From assembly GCA_964247055.1 (NCBI GenBank), contig OZ176052.1:14074001-14138000 (forward strand): 64,000 nucleotides of DNA. The letters run 5' to 3'. The position numbers were made by a program, and so were the translations under genes. Below are positions 38,151 to 52,200 of the stretch, piece by piece (within the stretch, counting starts at the first letter, position 1; each line of letters begins with the position of its first letter). Below the pieces are notes generated by a model. That model had not been told where the DNA came from. It worked only from the letters and a program-made list of their open reading frames with translations, and made no database searches. Origin of the DNA: Paragordius varius. Its lineage: Eukaryota; Animalia; Nematomorpha.

Positions 38151-40228
38151 TTATAGTGACATCACCTGATCAAATTTGGATTTTAGGTAGCCATTTTTAT
38201 TTTTAAAATCGTATAAAATAAATTTTTTAAATATTTAAAAAATTCATAAAAATTACATTTATAGTCCGATCTCGACAATATTTGGGGTGATGATGGAACT
38301 ACCATAGGTCTACCCAAAAAAAATTATAGTGACATCACCTGATCAAATTTGGATTTTAGGTAGCCATTTTTATTTTTAAAATCGTATAAAATAAATTTTT
38401 TAAATATTTAAAAAATTCATAAAAATTACATTTATACTCCGATCTCGAAAATATTTGGGGTGATGATGGAACTACCATAGGGCTACCCAAAAAAATTATA
38501 GTGACATCACCTGATCAAATTTGGATTTTAGGTAGCCATTTTTATTTTTAAAATCGTATAAAATAAATTTTTTAAATATTTAAAAAATTCATAAAAATTA
38601 CATTTATACTCCGATCTCGAAAATATTTGGGGTGATGATGGAACTACCATAGGGCTACCCAAAAAAATTATAGTGACATCACCTGATCAAATTTGGATTT
38701 TTGGTAGCCATTTTTATTTTTAAAATCGTATAAAATAAATTTTTTAAATATTTAAAAAATTCAAAAAAATTACATTTATACTCCGATCTCGAAAATATTT
38801 GGGGTGATGATGGAACTACCATAGGGCTACCCAAAAAAAATTATGGCGACATCACCTGATCAAATTTGGATTTTAGGTAGCCATTTTTATTTTTAAAATC
38901 GTATAAAATAAATTTTTTAAATATTTAAAAAATTCATAAAAATTACATTTATACTCCGATCTCGAAAATATTAACTACCATAGGGCTACCCAAAAAAAAT
39001 TATAGTGACATCACCTGATCAAATTTGGATTTTAGGTAGCCATTTTTATTTTTAAAATCGTATAAAATAAATTTTTTAAATATTTAAAAAATTCATAAAA
39101 ATTACATTTATAGTCCGATCCCCAAAATATTTGGGGTGATGATGGTATTACCATAGGGCTACCCAAAAAAAATTATGGTGACATCACCTGATCAAATTTG
39201 GATTTTAGGTAGCCATTTTTATTTTTAATATCGTATAAAATAAATTTTTTAAATATTTAAAAAATTCATAAAAATTACATTTATAGTCCGATCCCCAAAA
39301 TATTTGAGGTGATGATGGAACAACCATAGGGCTACGCAAAAAAAATTATGGCGACATCACCTGATCAAATTTGGATTTTAGGTAGCCATTTTTATTTTTA
39401 AAATCGTATAAAATAAATTTTTTAAATATTTAAAAAATTCATAAAAATTACATTTATACTCCGATCTCGAAAATATTTGGGGTGATGATGGAACTACCAT
39501 AGGGCTACGCAAAAAAAATTATGGTGACATCACCTGATCAAATTTGGATTTTAGGTAGCCATTTTTATTTTTAAAATCGTATAAAATAAATTTTTTAAAT
39601 ATTTAAAGAATTCATAAAAATTACATTTATAGTCCGATCCCCAAAGTATTTGGGGTGATGATGGAACTACCATAGGGCTACCCAAAAAAATTATGGCGAC
39701 ATCACCTGATCAAATTTGGATTTTAGGTAGCCATTTTTATTTTTAAAATCGTATAAAATAAATTTTTTAAATATTTAAAAAATTCATAAAAATTACATTT
39801 ATAGACCGATCTCGACAATATTTGGGGTGATGATGGAATTACCATGGGGCTACCCAAAAAAAATTATGGTGACATCACCTGATCAAATTTGGATTTTAGG
39901 TAGCCATTTTTATTTTTAAAATCGTATAAAATAAATTTTTTAAATATTTAAAAAATTCAAAAAAATTACATTTATACTCCGATCTCGAAAATATTTGGGG
40001 TGATGATGGAACTACCATAGGGCTACCCAAAATAAATTATGGTGACATCACCTGATCAAATTTGGATTTTAGGTAGCCATTTTTATTTTTAAAATCGTAT
40101 AAAATAAATTTTTTAAATATTTAAAAAATTCATAAAAATTACATTTATACTCCGATCTCGAAAATATTTGGGGTGATGATGGAACTACCATAGGGCTACG
40201 CAAAAAAAATTATGGTGACATCACCTGA

Positions 40229-43200
40229 TCAAATTTGGATTTTAGGTAGCCATTTTTATTTTTAAAATCGTATAAAATAAATTTTTTAAATATTTAAAAA
40301 ATTCATAAAAATTACATTTATAGTCCGATCCCCAAAGTATTTGGGGTGATGATGGAACTACCATAGGGCTACCCAAAAAAAATTATGGCGACATCACCTG
40401 ATCAAATTTGGATTTTAGGTAGCCATTTTTATTTTTAAAATCGTATAAAATAAATTTTTTAAATATTTAAAAAATTCATAAAAATTACATTTATACTCCG
40501 ATCTCGACAATATTTGGGGTGATGATGGAACTACCATAGGGCTACCCAAAAAAAATTATAGTGACATCACCTGATCAAATTTGGATTTTAGGTAGCCATT
40601 TTTATTTTTAAAATCGTATAAAATAAATTTTTTAAATATTTAAAAAATTCATAAAAATTACATTTATAGTCCGATCCCCAAAATATTTGGGGTGATGATG
40701 GAACAACCATAGGGCTACGCAAAAAAAATTATGGCGACATCACCTGATCAAATTTGGATTTTAGGTAGCCATTTTTATTTTTAAAATCGTATAAAATAAA
40801 TTTTTTAAATATTTAAAAAATTCAAAAAAATTACATTTATACTCCGATCTCGAAAATATTTGGGGTGATGATGGAACTACCATAGGGCTACCCAAAATAA
40901 ATTATGGTGACATCACCTGATCAAATTTGGACTTTAGGTAGCCATTTTTATTTTTAAAATCGTATAAAATAAATTTTTTAAATATTTAAAAAATTCATAA
41001 AAATTACATTTATACTCCGATCTCGAAAATATTTGGGGTGATGATGGAACTACCATAGGGCTACGCAAAAAAAATTATGGTGACATCACCTGATCAAATT
41101 TGGATTTTAGGTAGCCATTTTTATTTTTAAAATCGTATAAAATAAATTTTTTAAATATTTAAAGAATTCATAAAAATTACATTTATAGTCCGATCCCCAA
41201 AGTATTTGGGGTGATGATGGAACTACCATAGGGCTACCCAAAAAAATTATGGCGACATCACCTGATCAAATTTGGATTTTAGGTAGCCATTTTTATTTTT
41301 AAAATCGTATAAAATAAATTTTTTAAATATTTAAAAAATTCATAAAAATTACATTTATAGACCGATCTCGACAATATTTGGGGTGATGATGGAATTACCA
41401 TGGGGCTACCCAAAAAAAATTATGGTGACATCACCTGATCAAATTTGGATTTTAGGTAGCCATTTTTATTTTTAAAATCGTATAAAATAAATTTTTTAAA
41501 TATTTAAAAAATTCAAAAAAATTACATTTATACTCCGATCTCGAAAATATTTGGGGTGATGATGGAACTACCATAGGGCTACCCAAAATAAATTATGGTG
41601 ACATCACCTGATCAAATTTGGATTTTAGGTAGCCATTTTTATTTTTAAAATCCTATAAAATAAATTTTTTTAATATTTAAAAAATTTATAAAAATTACAT
41701 TTATACTCCGATCTCGAAAATATTTGGGGTGATGATGGAACTACCATAGGGCTACGCAAAAAAAATTATGGTGACATCACCTGATCAAATTTGGATTTTA
41801 GGTAGCCATTTTTATTTTTAAAATCGTATAAAATAAATTTTTTAAATATTTAAAGAATTCATAAAAATTACATTTATAGTCCGATCCCCAAAGTATTTGG
41901 GGTGATGATGGAACTACCATAGGGCTACCCAAAAAAATTATGGCGACATCACCTGATCAAATTTGGATTTTAGGTAGCCATTTTTATTTTTAAAATCGTA
42001 TAAAATAAATTTTTTAAATATTTAAAAAATTCATAAAAATTACATTTATAGACCGATCTCGACAATATTTGGGGTGATGATGGAATTACCATGGGGCTAC
42101 CCAAAAAAAATTATGGTGACATCACCTGATCAAATTTGGATTTTAGGTAGCCATTTTTATTTTTAAAATCGTATAAAATAAATTTTTTAAATATTTAAAA
42201 AATTCAAAAAAATTACATTTATACTCCGATCTCGAAAATATTTGGGGTGATGATGGAACTACCATAGGGCTACCCAAAATAAATTATGGTGACATCACCT
42301 GATCAAATTTGGATTTTAGGTAGCCATTTTTATTTTTAAAATCGTATAAAATAAATTTTTTAAATATTTAAAAAATTCATAAAAATTACATTTATACTCC
42401 GATCTCGAAAATATTTGGGGTGATGATGGAACTACCATAGGGCTACCCAAAAAAAATTATAGTGACATCACCTGATCAAATTTGGATTTTAGGTAGCCAT
42501 TTTTATTTTTAAAATCGTATAAAATAAATTTTTTAAATATTTAAAAAATTCAAAAAAATTACATTTATACTCCGATCTCGAAAATATTTGGGGTGATGAT
42601 GGAACTACCATAGGGCTACCCAAAATAAATTATGGTGACATCACCTGATCAAATTTGGACTTTAGGTAGCCATTTTTATTTTTAAAATCGTATAAAATAA
42701 ATTTTTTAAATATTTAAAAAATTCATAAAAATACATTTATACTCCGATCTCGAAAATATTTGGGGTGATGATGGAACTACCATAGGGCTACGCAAAAAAA
42801 ATTATGGTGACATCACCTGATCAAATTTGGATTTTAGGTAGCCATTTTTATTTTTAAAATCGTATAAAATAAATTTTTTAAATATTTAAAGAATTCATAA
42901 AAATTACATTTATAGTCCGATCCCCAAAGTATTTGGGGTGATGATGGAACTACCATAGGGCTACCCAAAAAAATTATGGCGACATCACCTGATCAAATTT
43001 GGATTTTAGGTAGCCATTTTTATTTTTAAAATCGTATAAAATAAATTTTTTAAATATTTAAAAAATTCATAAAAATTACATTTATAGACCGATCTCGACA
43101 ATATTTGGGGTGATGATGGAATTACCATGGGGCTACCCAAAAAAAATTATGGTGACATCACCTGATCAAATTTGGATTTTAGGTAGCCATTTTTATTTTT

Positions 43201-46200
43201 AAAATCGTATAAAATAAATTTTTTAAATATTTAAAAAATTCAAAAAAATTACATTTATACTCCGATCTCGAAAATATTTGGGGTGATGATGGAACTACCA
43301 TAGGGCTACCCAAAATAAATTATGGTGACATCACCTGATCAAATTTGGACTTTAGGTAGCCATTTTTATTTTTAAAATCGTATAAAATAAATTTTTTAAA
43401 TATTTAAAAAATTCATAAAAATTACATTTATACTCCGATCTCGAAAATATTTGGGGTGATGATGGAACTACCATAGGGCTACGCAAAAAAAATTATGGTG
43501 ACACCACCTGATCAAATTTGGATTTTAGGTAGCCATTTTTATTTTTAAAATCGTATAAAATTAATTTTTTTAATATTTAAAGAATTCATAAAAATTACAT
43601 TTATAGTCCGATCCCCAAAGTATTTGGGGTGATGATGGAACTACCATAGGGCTACCCAAAAAAATTATAGCGACATCACCTGATCAAATTTGGATTTTAG
43701 GTAGCCATTTTTATTTTTAAAATCGTATAAAATAAATTTTTTAAATATTTAAAAAATTCATAAAAATTACATTTATAGTCCGATCTCGACAATATTTGGG
43801 GTGATGATGGAATTACCATAGGGCTACCCAAAAAAAATTATGGTGACATCACCTGATCAAATTTGGATTTTAGGTAGCCATTTTTATTTTTAAAATCGTA
43901 TAAAATAAATTTTTTAAATATTTAAAAAATTCATAAAAATTACATTTATACTCCGATCTCGAAAATATTTGGGGTGATGATGGAACTACCATAGGGCTAC
44001 CCAAAAAAAATTATGGTGACATCACCTGATCAATTTTGGATTTTAGGTAGCCATTTTTATTTTTAAAATCGTATAAAATAAATTTTTTAAATATTTAAAA
44101 AATTCATAAAAATTACATTTATACTCCGATCTCGAAAATATTTGGGGTGATGATGGAACTACCATAGGGCTACCCAAAAAAAATTATAGTGACATCACCT
44201 GATCAAATTTGGATTTTAGGTAGCCATTTTTATTTTTAAAATCGTATAAAATAAATTTTTTAAATATTTAAAAAATTCATAAAAATTACATTTATAGTCC
44301 GATCCCCAAAATATTTGGGGTGATGATGGAACTACCATAGGGCTACCCAAAAAAAAATATGGTGACATCACCTGATCAAATTTGGATTTTAGGTAGCCAT
44401 TTTTATTTTTAAAATCATATAAAATAAATTTTTTAAATATTTAAAAAATTCATAAAAATTACATTTATACTCCGATCTCGAAAATATTTGGGGTGATGAT
44501 GGAACTACCATAGGGCTACCCAAAAAAAATTATGGTGACATCACCTGATCAAATTTGGATTTTAGGTAGCCATTTTTATTTTTAAAATCGTATAAAATAA
44601 ATTTTTTAAATATTTAAAAAATTCATAAAAATTACATTTATACTCCGATCTCGAAAATATTTGGGGTGATGATGGAACTACCATAGGGCTACCCAAAAAA
44701 AATTATAGTGACATCACCTGATCAAATTTGGATTTTAGGTAGCCATTTTTATTTTTAAAATCGTATAAAATAAATTTTTTAAATATTTAAAAAATTCAAA
44801 AAAATTACATTTATACTCCGATCTCGAAAATATTTGGGGTGATGATGGAACTACCATAGGGCTACCCAAAATAAATTATGGTGACATCACCTGATCAAAT
44901 TTGGACTTTAGGTAGCCATTTTTATTTTTAAAATCGTATAAAATAAATTTTTTAAATATTTAAAAAATTCATAAAAATTACATTTATACTCCGATCTCGA
45001 AAATATTTGGGGTGATGATGGAACTACCATAGGGCTACGCAAAAAAAATTATGGTGACATCAGCTGATCAAATTTGGATTTTAGGTAGCCATTTTTATTT
45101 TTAAAATCGTATAAAATAAATTTTTTAAATATTTAAAGAATTCATAAAAATTACATTTATAGTCCGATCCCCAAAGTATTTGGGGTGATGATGGAACTAC
45201 CATAGGGCTACCCAAAAAAATTATGGCGACATCACCTGATCAAATTTGGATTTTAGGTAGCCATTTTTATTTTTAAAATCGTATAAAATAAATTTTTTAA
45301 ATATTTAAAAAATTCATAAAAATTACATTTATAGACCGATCTCGACAATATTTGGGGTGATGATGGAATTACCATGGGGCTACCCAAAAAAAATTATGGT
45401 GACATCACCTGATCAAATTTGGATTTTAGGTAGCCATTTTTATTTTTAAAATCGTATAAAATAAATTTTTTAAATATTTAAAAAATTCAAAAAAATTACA
45501 TTTATACTCCGATCTCGAAAATATTTGGGGTGATGATGGAACTACCATAGGGCTACCCAAAATAAATTATGGTAACATCACCTGATCAAATTTGGACTTT
45601 AGGTAGCCATTTTTATTTTTAAAATCGTATAAAATAAATTTTTTAAATATTTAAAAAATTCATAAAAATTACATTTATACTCCGATCTCGAAAATATTTG
45701 GGGTGATGATGGAACTACCATAGGGCTACGCAAAAAAAATTATGGTGACATCACCTGATCAAATTTGGATTTTAGGTAGCCATTTTTATTTTTAAAATCG
45801 TATAAAATTAATTTTTTTAATATTTAAAGAATTCATAAAAATTACATTTATAGTCCGATCCCCAAAGTATTTGGGGTGATGATGGAACTACCATAGGGCT
45901 ACCCAAAAAAATTATGGCGACATCACCTGATCAAATTTGGATTTTAGGTAGCCATTTTTATTTTTAAAATCGTATAAAATAAATTTTTTAAATATTTAAA
46001 AAATTCATAAAAATTACATTTATAGTCCGATCTCGACAATATTTGGGGTGATGATGGAATTACCATAGGGCTACCCAAAAAAAATTATGGTGACATCACC
46101 TGATCAAATTTGGATTTTAGGTAGCCATTTTTATTTTTAAAATCGTATAAAATAAATTTTTTAAATATTTAAAAAATTCATAAAAATTACATTTATACTC

Positions 46201-49200
46201 CGATCTCGAAAATATTTGGGGTGATGATGGAACTACCATAGGGCTACCCAAAAAAAATTATGGTGACATCACCTGATCAATTTTGGATTTTAGGTAGCCA
46301 TTTTTATTTTTAAAATCGTATAAAATAAATTTTTTAAATATTTAAAAAATTCATAAAAATTACATTTATACTCCGATCTCGAAAATATTTCGGGTGATGA
46401 TGGAACTACCATAGGGCTACCCAAAAAAAATTATAGTGACATCACCTGATCAAATTTGGATTTTAGGTAGCCATTTTTATTTTTAAAATCGTATAAAATA
46501 AATTTTTTAAATATTTAAAAAATTCATAAAAATTACATTTATAGTCCGATCCCCAAAATATTTGGGGTGATGATGGAACTACCATAGGGCTACCCAAAAA
46601 AAAATATGGTGACATCACCTGATCAAATTTGGATTTTAGGTAGCCATTTTTATTTTTAAAATCATATAAAATAAATTTTTTAAATATTTAAAAAATTCAT
46701 AAAAATTACATTTATACTCCGATCTCGAAAATATTTGGGGTGATGATGGAATTACCATAGGGCTACCCAAAAAAAATTATGGTGACATCACCTGATCAAA
46801 TTTGGATTTTAGGTAGCCATTTTTATTTTTAAAATCGTATAAAATAAATTTTTTAAATATTTAAAAAATTCATAAAAATTACATTTATACTCCGATCTCG
46901 AAAATATTTGGGGTGATGATGGAACTACCATAGGGCTACCCAAAAAAAATTATAGTGACATCACCTGATCAAATTTGGATTTTAGGTAGCCATTTTTATT
47001 TTTAAAATCGTATAAAATAAATTTTTTAAATATTTAAAAAATTCAAAAAAATTACATTTATACTCCGATCTCGAAAATATTTGGGGTGATGATGGAACTA
47101 CCATAGGGCTACCCAAAATAAATTATGGTGACATCACCTGATCAAATTTGGACTTTAGGTAGCCATTTTTATTTTTAAAATCGTATAAAATAAATTTTTT
47201 AAATATTTAAAAAATTCATAAAAATTACATTTATACTCCGATCTCGAAAATATTTGGGGTGATGATGGAACTACCATAGGGCTACGCAAAAAAAATTATG
47301 GTGACATCACCTGATCAAATTTGGATTTTAGGTAGCCATTTTTATTTTTAAAATCGTATAAAATAAATTTTTTAAATATTTAAAGAATTCATAAAAATTA
47401 CATTTATAGTCCGATCCCCAAAGTATTTGGGGTGACGATGGAACTACCATAGGGCTACCCAAAAAAATTATGGCGACATCACCTGATCAAATTTGGATTT
47501 TAGGTAGCCATTTTTATTTTTAAAATCGTATAAAATAAATTTTTTAAATATTTAAAAAATTCATAAAAATTACATTTATAGACCGATCTCGACAATATTT
47601 GGGGTGATGATGGAATTACCATAGGGCTACCCAAAAAAAATTATGGTGACATCACCTGATCAAATTTGGATTTTAGGTAGCCATTTTTATTTTTAAAATC
47701 GTATAAAATAAATTTTTTAAATATTTAAAAAATTCAAAAAAATTCCATTTATACTCCGATCTCGAAAATATTTGGGGTGATGATGGAACTACCATAGGGC
47801 TACCCAAAATAAATTATGGTGACATCACCTGATCAAATTGGACTTTAGGTAGCCATTTTTATTTTTAAAATCGTATAAAATAAATTTTTTAAATATTTAA
47901 AAAATTCATAAAAATTACATTTATACTCCGATCTCGAAAATATTTGGGGTGATGATGGAACTACCATAGGGCTACGCAAAAAAAATTATGGTGACATCAC
48001 CTGATCAAATTTGGATTTTAGGTAGCCATTTTTATTTTTAAAATCGTATAAAATAAATTTTTTAAATATTTAAAGAATTCATAAAAATTACATTTATAGT
48101 CCGATCCCCAAAGTATTTGGGGTGATGATGGAACTACCATAGGGCTACCCAAAAAAATTATGGCGACATCACCTGATCAAATTTGGATTTTAGGTAGCCA
48201 TTTTTATTTTTTAAATCGTATAAAATAAATTTTTTAAATATTTAAAAAATTAATAAAAATTACATTTATAGTCCGATCTCGACAATATTTGGGGTGATGA
48301 TGGAATTACCATAGGGCTACCCAAAAAAAATTATGGTGACATCACCTGATCAAATTTGGATTTTAGGTAGCCATTTTTATTTTTAAAATCGTATAAAATA
48401 AATTTTTTAAATATTTAAAAAATTCATAAAAATTACATTTATACTCCGATCTCGAAAATATTTGGGGTGATGATGGAACTACCATAGGGCTACCCAAAAA
48501 AAATTATGGTGACATCACCTGATCAATTTTGGATTTTAGGTAGCCATTTTTATTTTTCAAATCGTATAAAATAAATTTTTTAAATATTTAAAAAATTCAA
48601 AAAAATTACATTTATACTCCGATCTCGACAATATTTGGGGTGATGATGGAATTACCATAGGGCTACCCAAAAAAAATTATGGTGACATCACCTGATCAAA
48701 TTTGGATTTTAGGTAGCCATTTTTATTTTTAAAATCGTATAAAATAAATTTTTTAAATATTTAAAAAATTCATAAAAATTACATTTATACTCCGATCTCG
48801 AAAATATTTGGGGTGATGATGGAACTACCATAGGGCTACCCAAAAAAAATTATGGTGACATCACCTGATCAAATTTGGATTTTAGGTAGCCATTTTTATT
48901 TTTAAAATCGAATAAAATAAATTTTTTAAATATTTAAAAAATTCATAAAAATTACATTTATACTCCGATCTCGAAAATATTTGGGGTGATGATGGAACTA
49001 CCATAGGGCTACCCAAAAAAAATTATAGTGACATCACCTGATCAAATTTGGATTTTAGGTAGCCATTTTTATTTTTAAAATCGTATAAAATAAATTTTTT
49101 AAATATTAAAAAAATTCATAAAAATTACATTTATAGTCCGATCCCCAAAATATTTGGGGTGATGATGGAATTACCATAGGGCTACCCAAAAAAAATTATG

Positions 49201-52200
49201 GTGACATCACCTGATCAAATTTGGATTTTAGGTAGCCATTTTTATTTTTAATATCGTATAAAATAAATTTTTTAAATATTTAAAAAATTCATAAAAATTA
49301 CATTTATAGTCTGATCCCCAAAATATTTGAGGTGATGATGGAACAACCATAGGGCTACGCAAAAAAAATTTAGCGACATCACCTGATCAAATTTGGATTT
49401 TAGGTAGCCATTTTTATTTTTAAAATCGTATAAAATAAATTTTTTAAATATTTAAAAAATTCAAAAAAATTACATTTATACTCCGATCTCGAAAATATTT
49501 GGGGTGATGATGGAACTACCATAGGGCTACCCAAAAAAAATTATGGCGACATCACCTGATCAAATTTGGATTTTAGGTAGCCATTTTTATTTTTAAAATC
49601 GTATAAAATAAATTTTTTAAATATTTAAAAAATTCATAAAAATTACATTTATAGTCCGATCCCCAAAATATTTGGGGTGATGATGGAACTACCATAGGGC
49701 TACCCAAAAAAAATTATAGTGACATCACCTGATCAAATTTGGATTTTAGGTAGCCATTTTTATTTTTAAAATCGTATAAAATAAATTTTTTAAATATTTA
49801 AAAAATTCAAAAAAATTACATTTATACTCCGATCTCGAAAATATTTGGGGTGATGATGGAACTACCATAGGGCTACCCAAAAAAAATTATAGTGACATCA
49901 CCTGATCAAATTTGGATTTTAGGTAGCCATTTTTATTTTTAAAATCGTATAAAATAAATTTTTTAAATATTTAAAAAATTCATAAAAATTACATTTATAG
50001 TCCGATCCCCAAAATATTTGGGGTGATGATGGAATTATAGGGCTACCCAAAAAAAATTATGGTGACATCACCTGATCAAATTTGGATTTTAGGTAGCCAT
50101 TTTTATTTTTAATATCGTATAAAATAAATTTTTTAAATATTTAAAAAATTCAAAAAAATTACATTTATACTCCGATCTCGAAAATATTTGGGGTGATGAT
50201 GGAACTACCATAGGGCTACCCAAAAAAAATTATGGCGACATCACCAGATCAAATTTGGATTTTAGGTAACCATTTTTATTTTTAATATCGTATAAAATAA
50301 ATTTTTTAAATATTTAAAAAATTCATAAAAATTACATTTATAGTCCGATCCCCAAAATATTTGGGGTGATGATGGAACTACCATAGGGCTACCCAAAAAA
50401 AATTATAGTGACATCACCTGATCAAATTTAGATTTTAGGTAGCCATTTTAATTTTTAAAATCGTATAAAATAAATTTTTTAAATATTTAAAAAATTCAAA
50501 AAAATTACATTTTAACTCCGATCTCGAAAATATTTGGGGTGATGATGGAACTACCATAGGGCTACCCAAAAAAAATTATGGCGACATCACCTGATCAAAT
50601 TTGGATTTTAGGTAGCCATTTTTATTTTTAAAATCGTATAAAATAAATTTTTTAAATATTTAAAAAATTCATAAAAGTTACATTTATACTCCGATCTCGA
50701 AAATATTTGGGGTGATGATGGAACTACCATAGGGCTACCCAAAAAAAATTATGGTGACATCACCTGATCAAATTTGGATTTTAGGTAGCCATTTTTATTT
50801 TTAAAATCGAATAAAATAAATTTTTTAAATATTTAAAAAATTCATAAAAATTACATTTATACTCCGATCTCGAAAATATTTGGGGTGATGATGGAACTAC
50901 CATAGGGCTACCCAAAAAAAATTATAGTGACATCACCTGATCAAATTTGGATTTTAGGTAGCCATTTTTATTTTTAAAATCGTATAAAATAAATTTTTTA
51001 AATATTTAAAAAATTCATAAAAATTACATTTATAGTCCGATCCCCAAAATATTTGGGGTGATGATGGAATTACCATAGGGCTACCCAAAAAAAATTATGG
51101 TGACATCACCTGATCAAATTTGGATTTTAGGTAGCCATTTTTATTTTTAATATCGTATAAAATAAATTTTTTAAATATTTAAAAAATTCATAAAAATTAC
51201 ATTTATAGTCTGATCCCCAAAATATTTGAGGTGATGATGGAACAACCATAGGGCTACGCAAAAAAAATTTAGCGACATCACCTGATCAAATTTGGATTTT
51301 AGGTAGCCATTTTTATTTTTAAAATCGTATAAAATAAATTTTTTAAATATTTAAAAAATTCAAAAAAATTTTCATTTATACTCCGATCTCGAAAATATTT
51401 GGGGTGATGATGGAACTACCATAGGGCTACCCAAAAAAAATTATGGCGACATCACCTGATCAAATTTGGATTTTAGGTAGCCATTTTTATTTTTAAAATC
51501 GTATAAAATAAATTTTTTAAATATTTAAAAAATTCATAAAAATTACATTTATAGTCCGATCCCCAAAATATTTGGGGTGATGATGGAACTACCATAGGGC
51601 TACCCAAAAAAAATTATAGTGACATCACCTGATCAAATTTGGATTTTAGGTAGCCATTTTTATTTTTAAAATCGTATAAAATAAATTTTTTAAATATTTA
51701 AAAAATTCAAAAAAATTACATTTATACTCCGATCTCGAAAATATTTGGGGTGATGATGGAACTACCATAGGGCTACCCAAAAAAAATTATAGTGACATCA
51801 CCTGATCAAATTTGGATTTTAGGTAGCCATTTTTATTTTTAAAATCGTATAAAATAAATTTTTTAAATATTTAAAAAATTCATAAAAATTACATTTATAG
51901 TCCGATCCCCAAAATATTTGAGGTGATGATGTAACAACCATAGGGCTACGCAAAAAAAATTTAGCGACATCACCTGATCAAATTTGGATTTTAGGTAGCC
52001 ATTTTTATTTTTAAAATCGTATAAAATAAATTTTTTAAATATTTAAAAAATTCAAAAAAATTACATTTATACTCCGATCTCGAAAATATTTGGGGTGATG
52101 ATGGAACTACTATAGGGCTACCCAAAAAAAATTATGGCGACATCACCTGATCAAATTTGGATTTTAGGTAGCCATTTTTATTTTTAAAATCGTATAAAAT

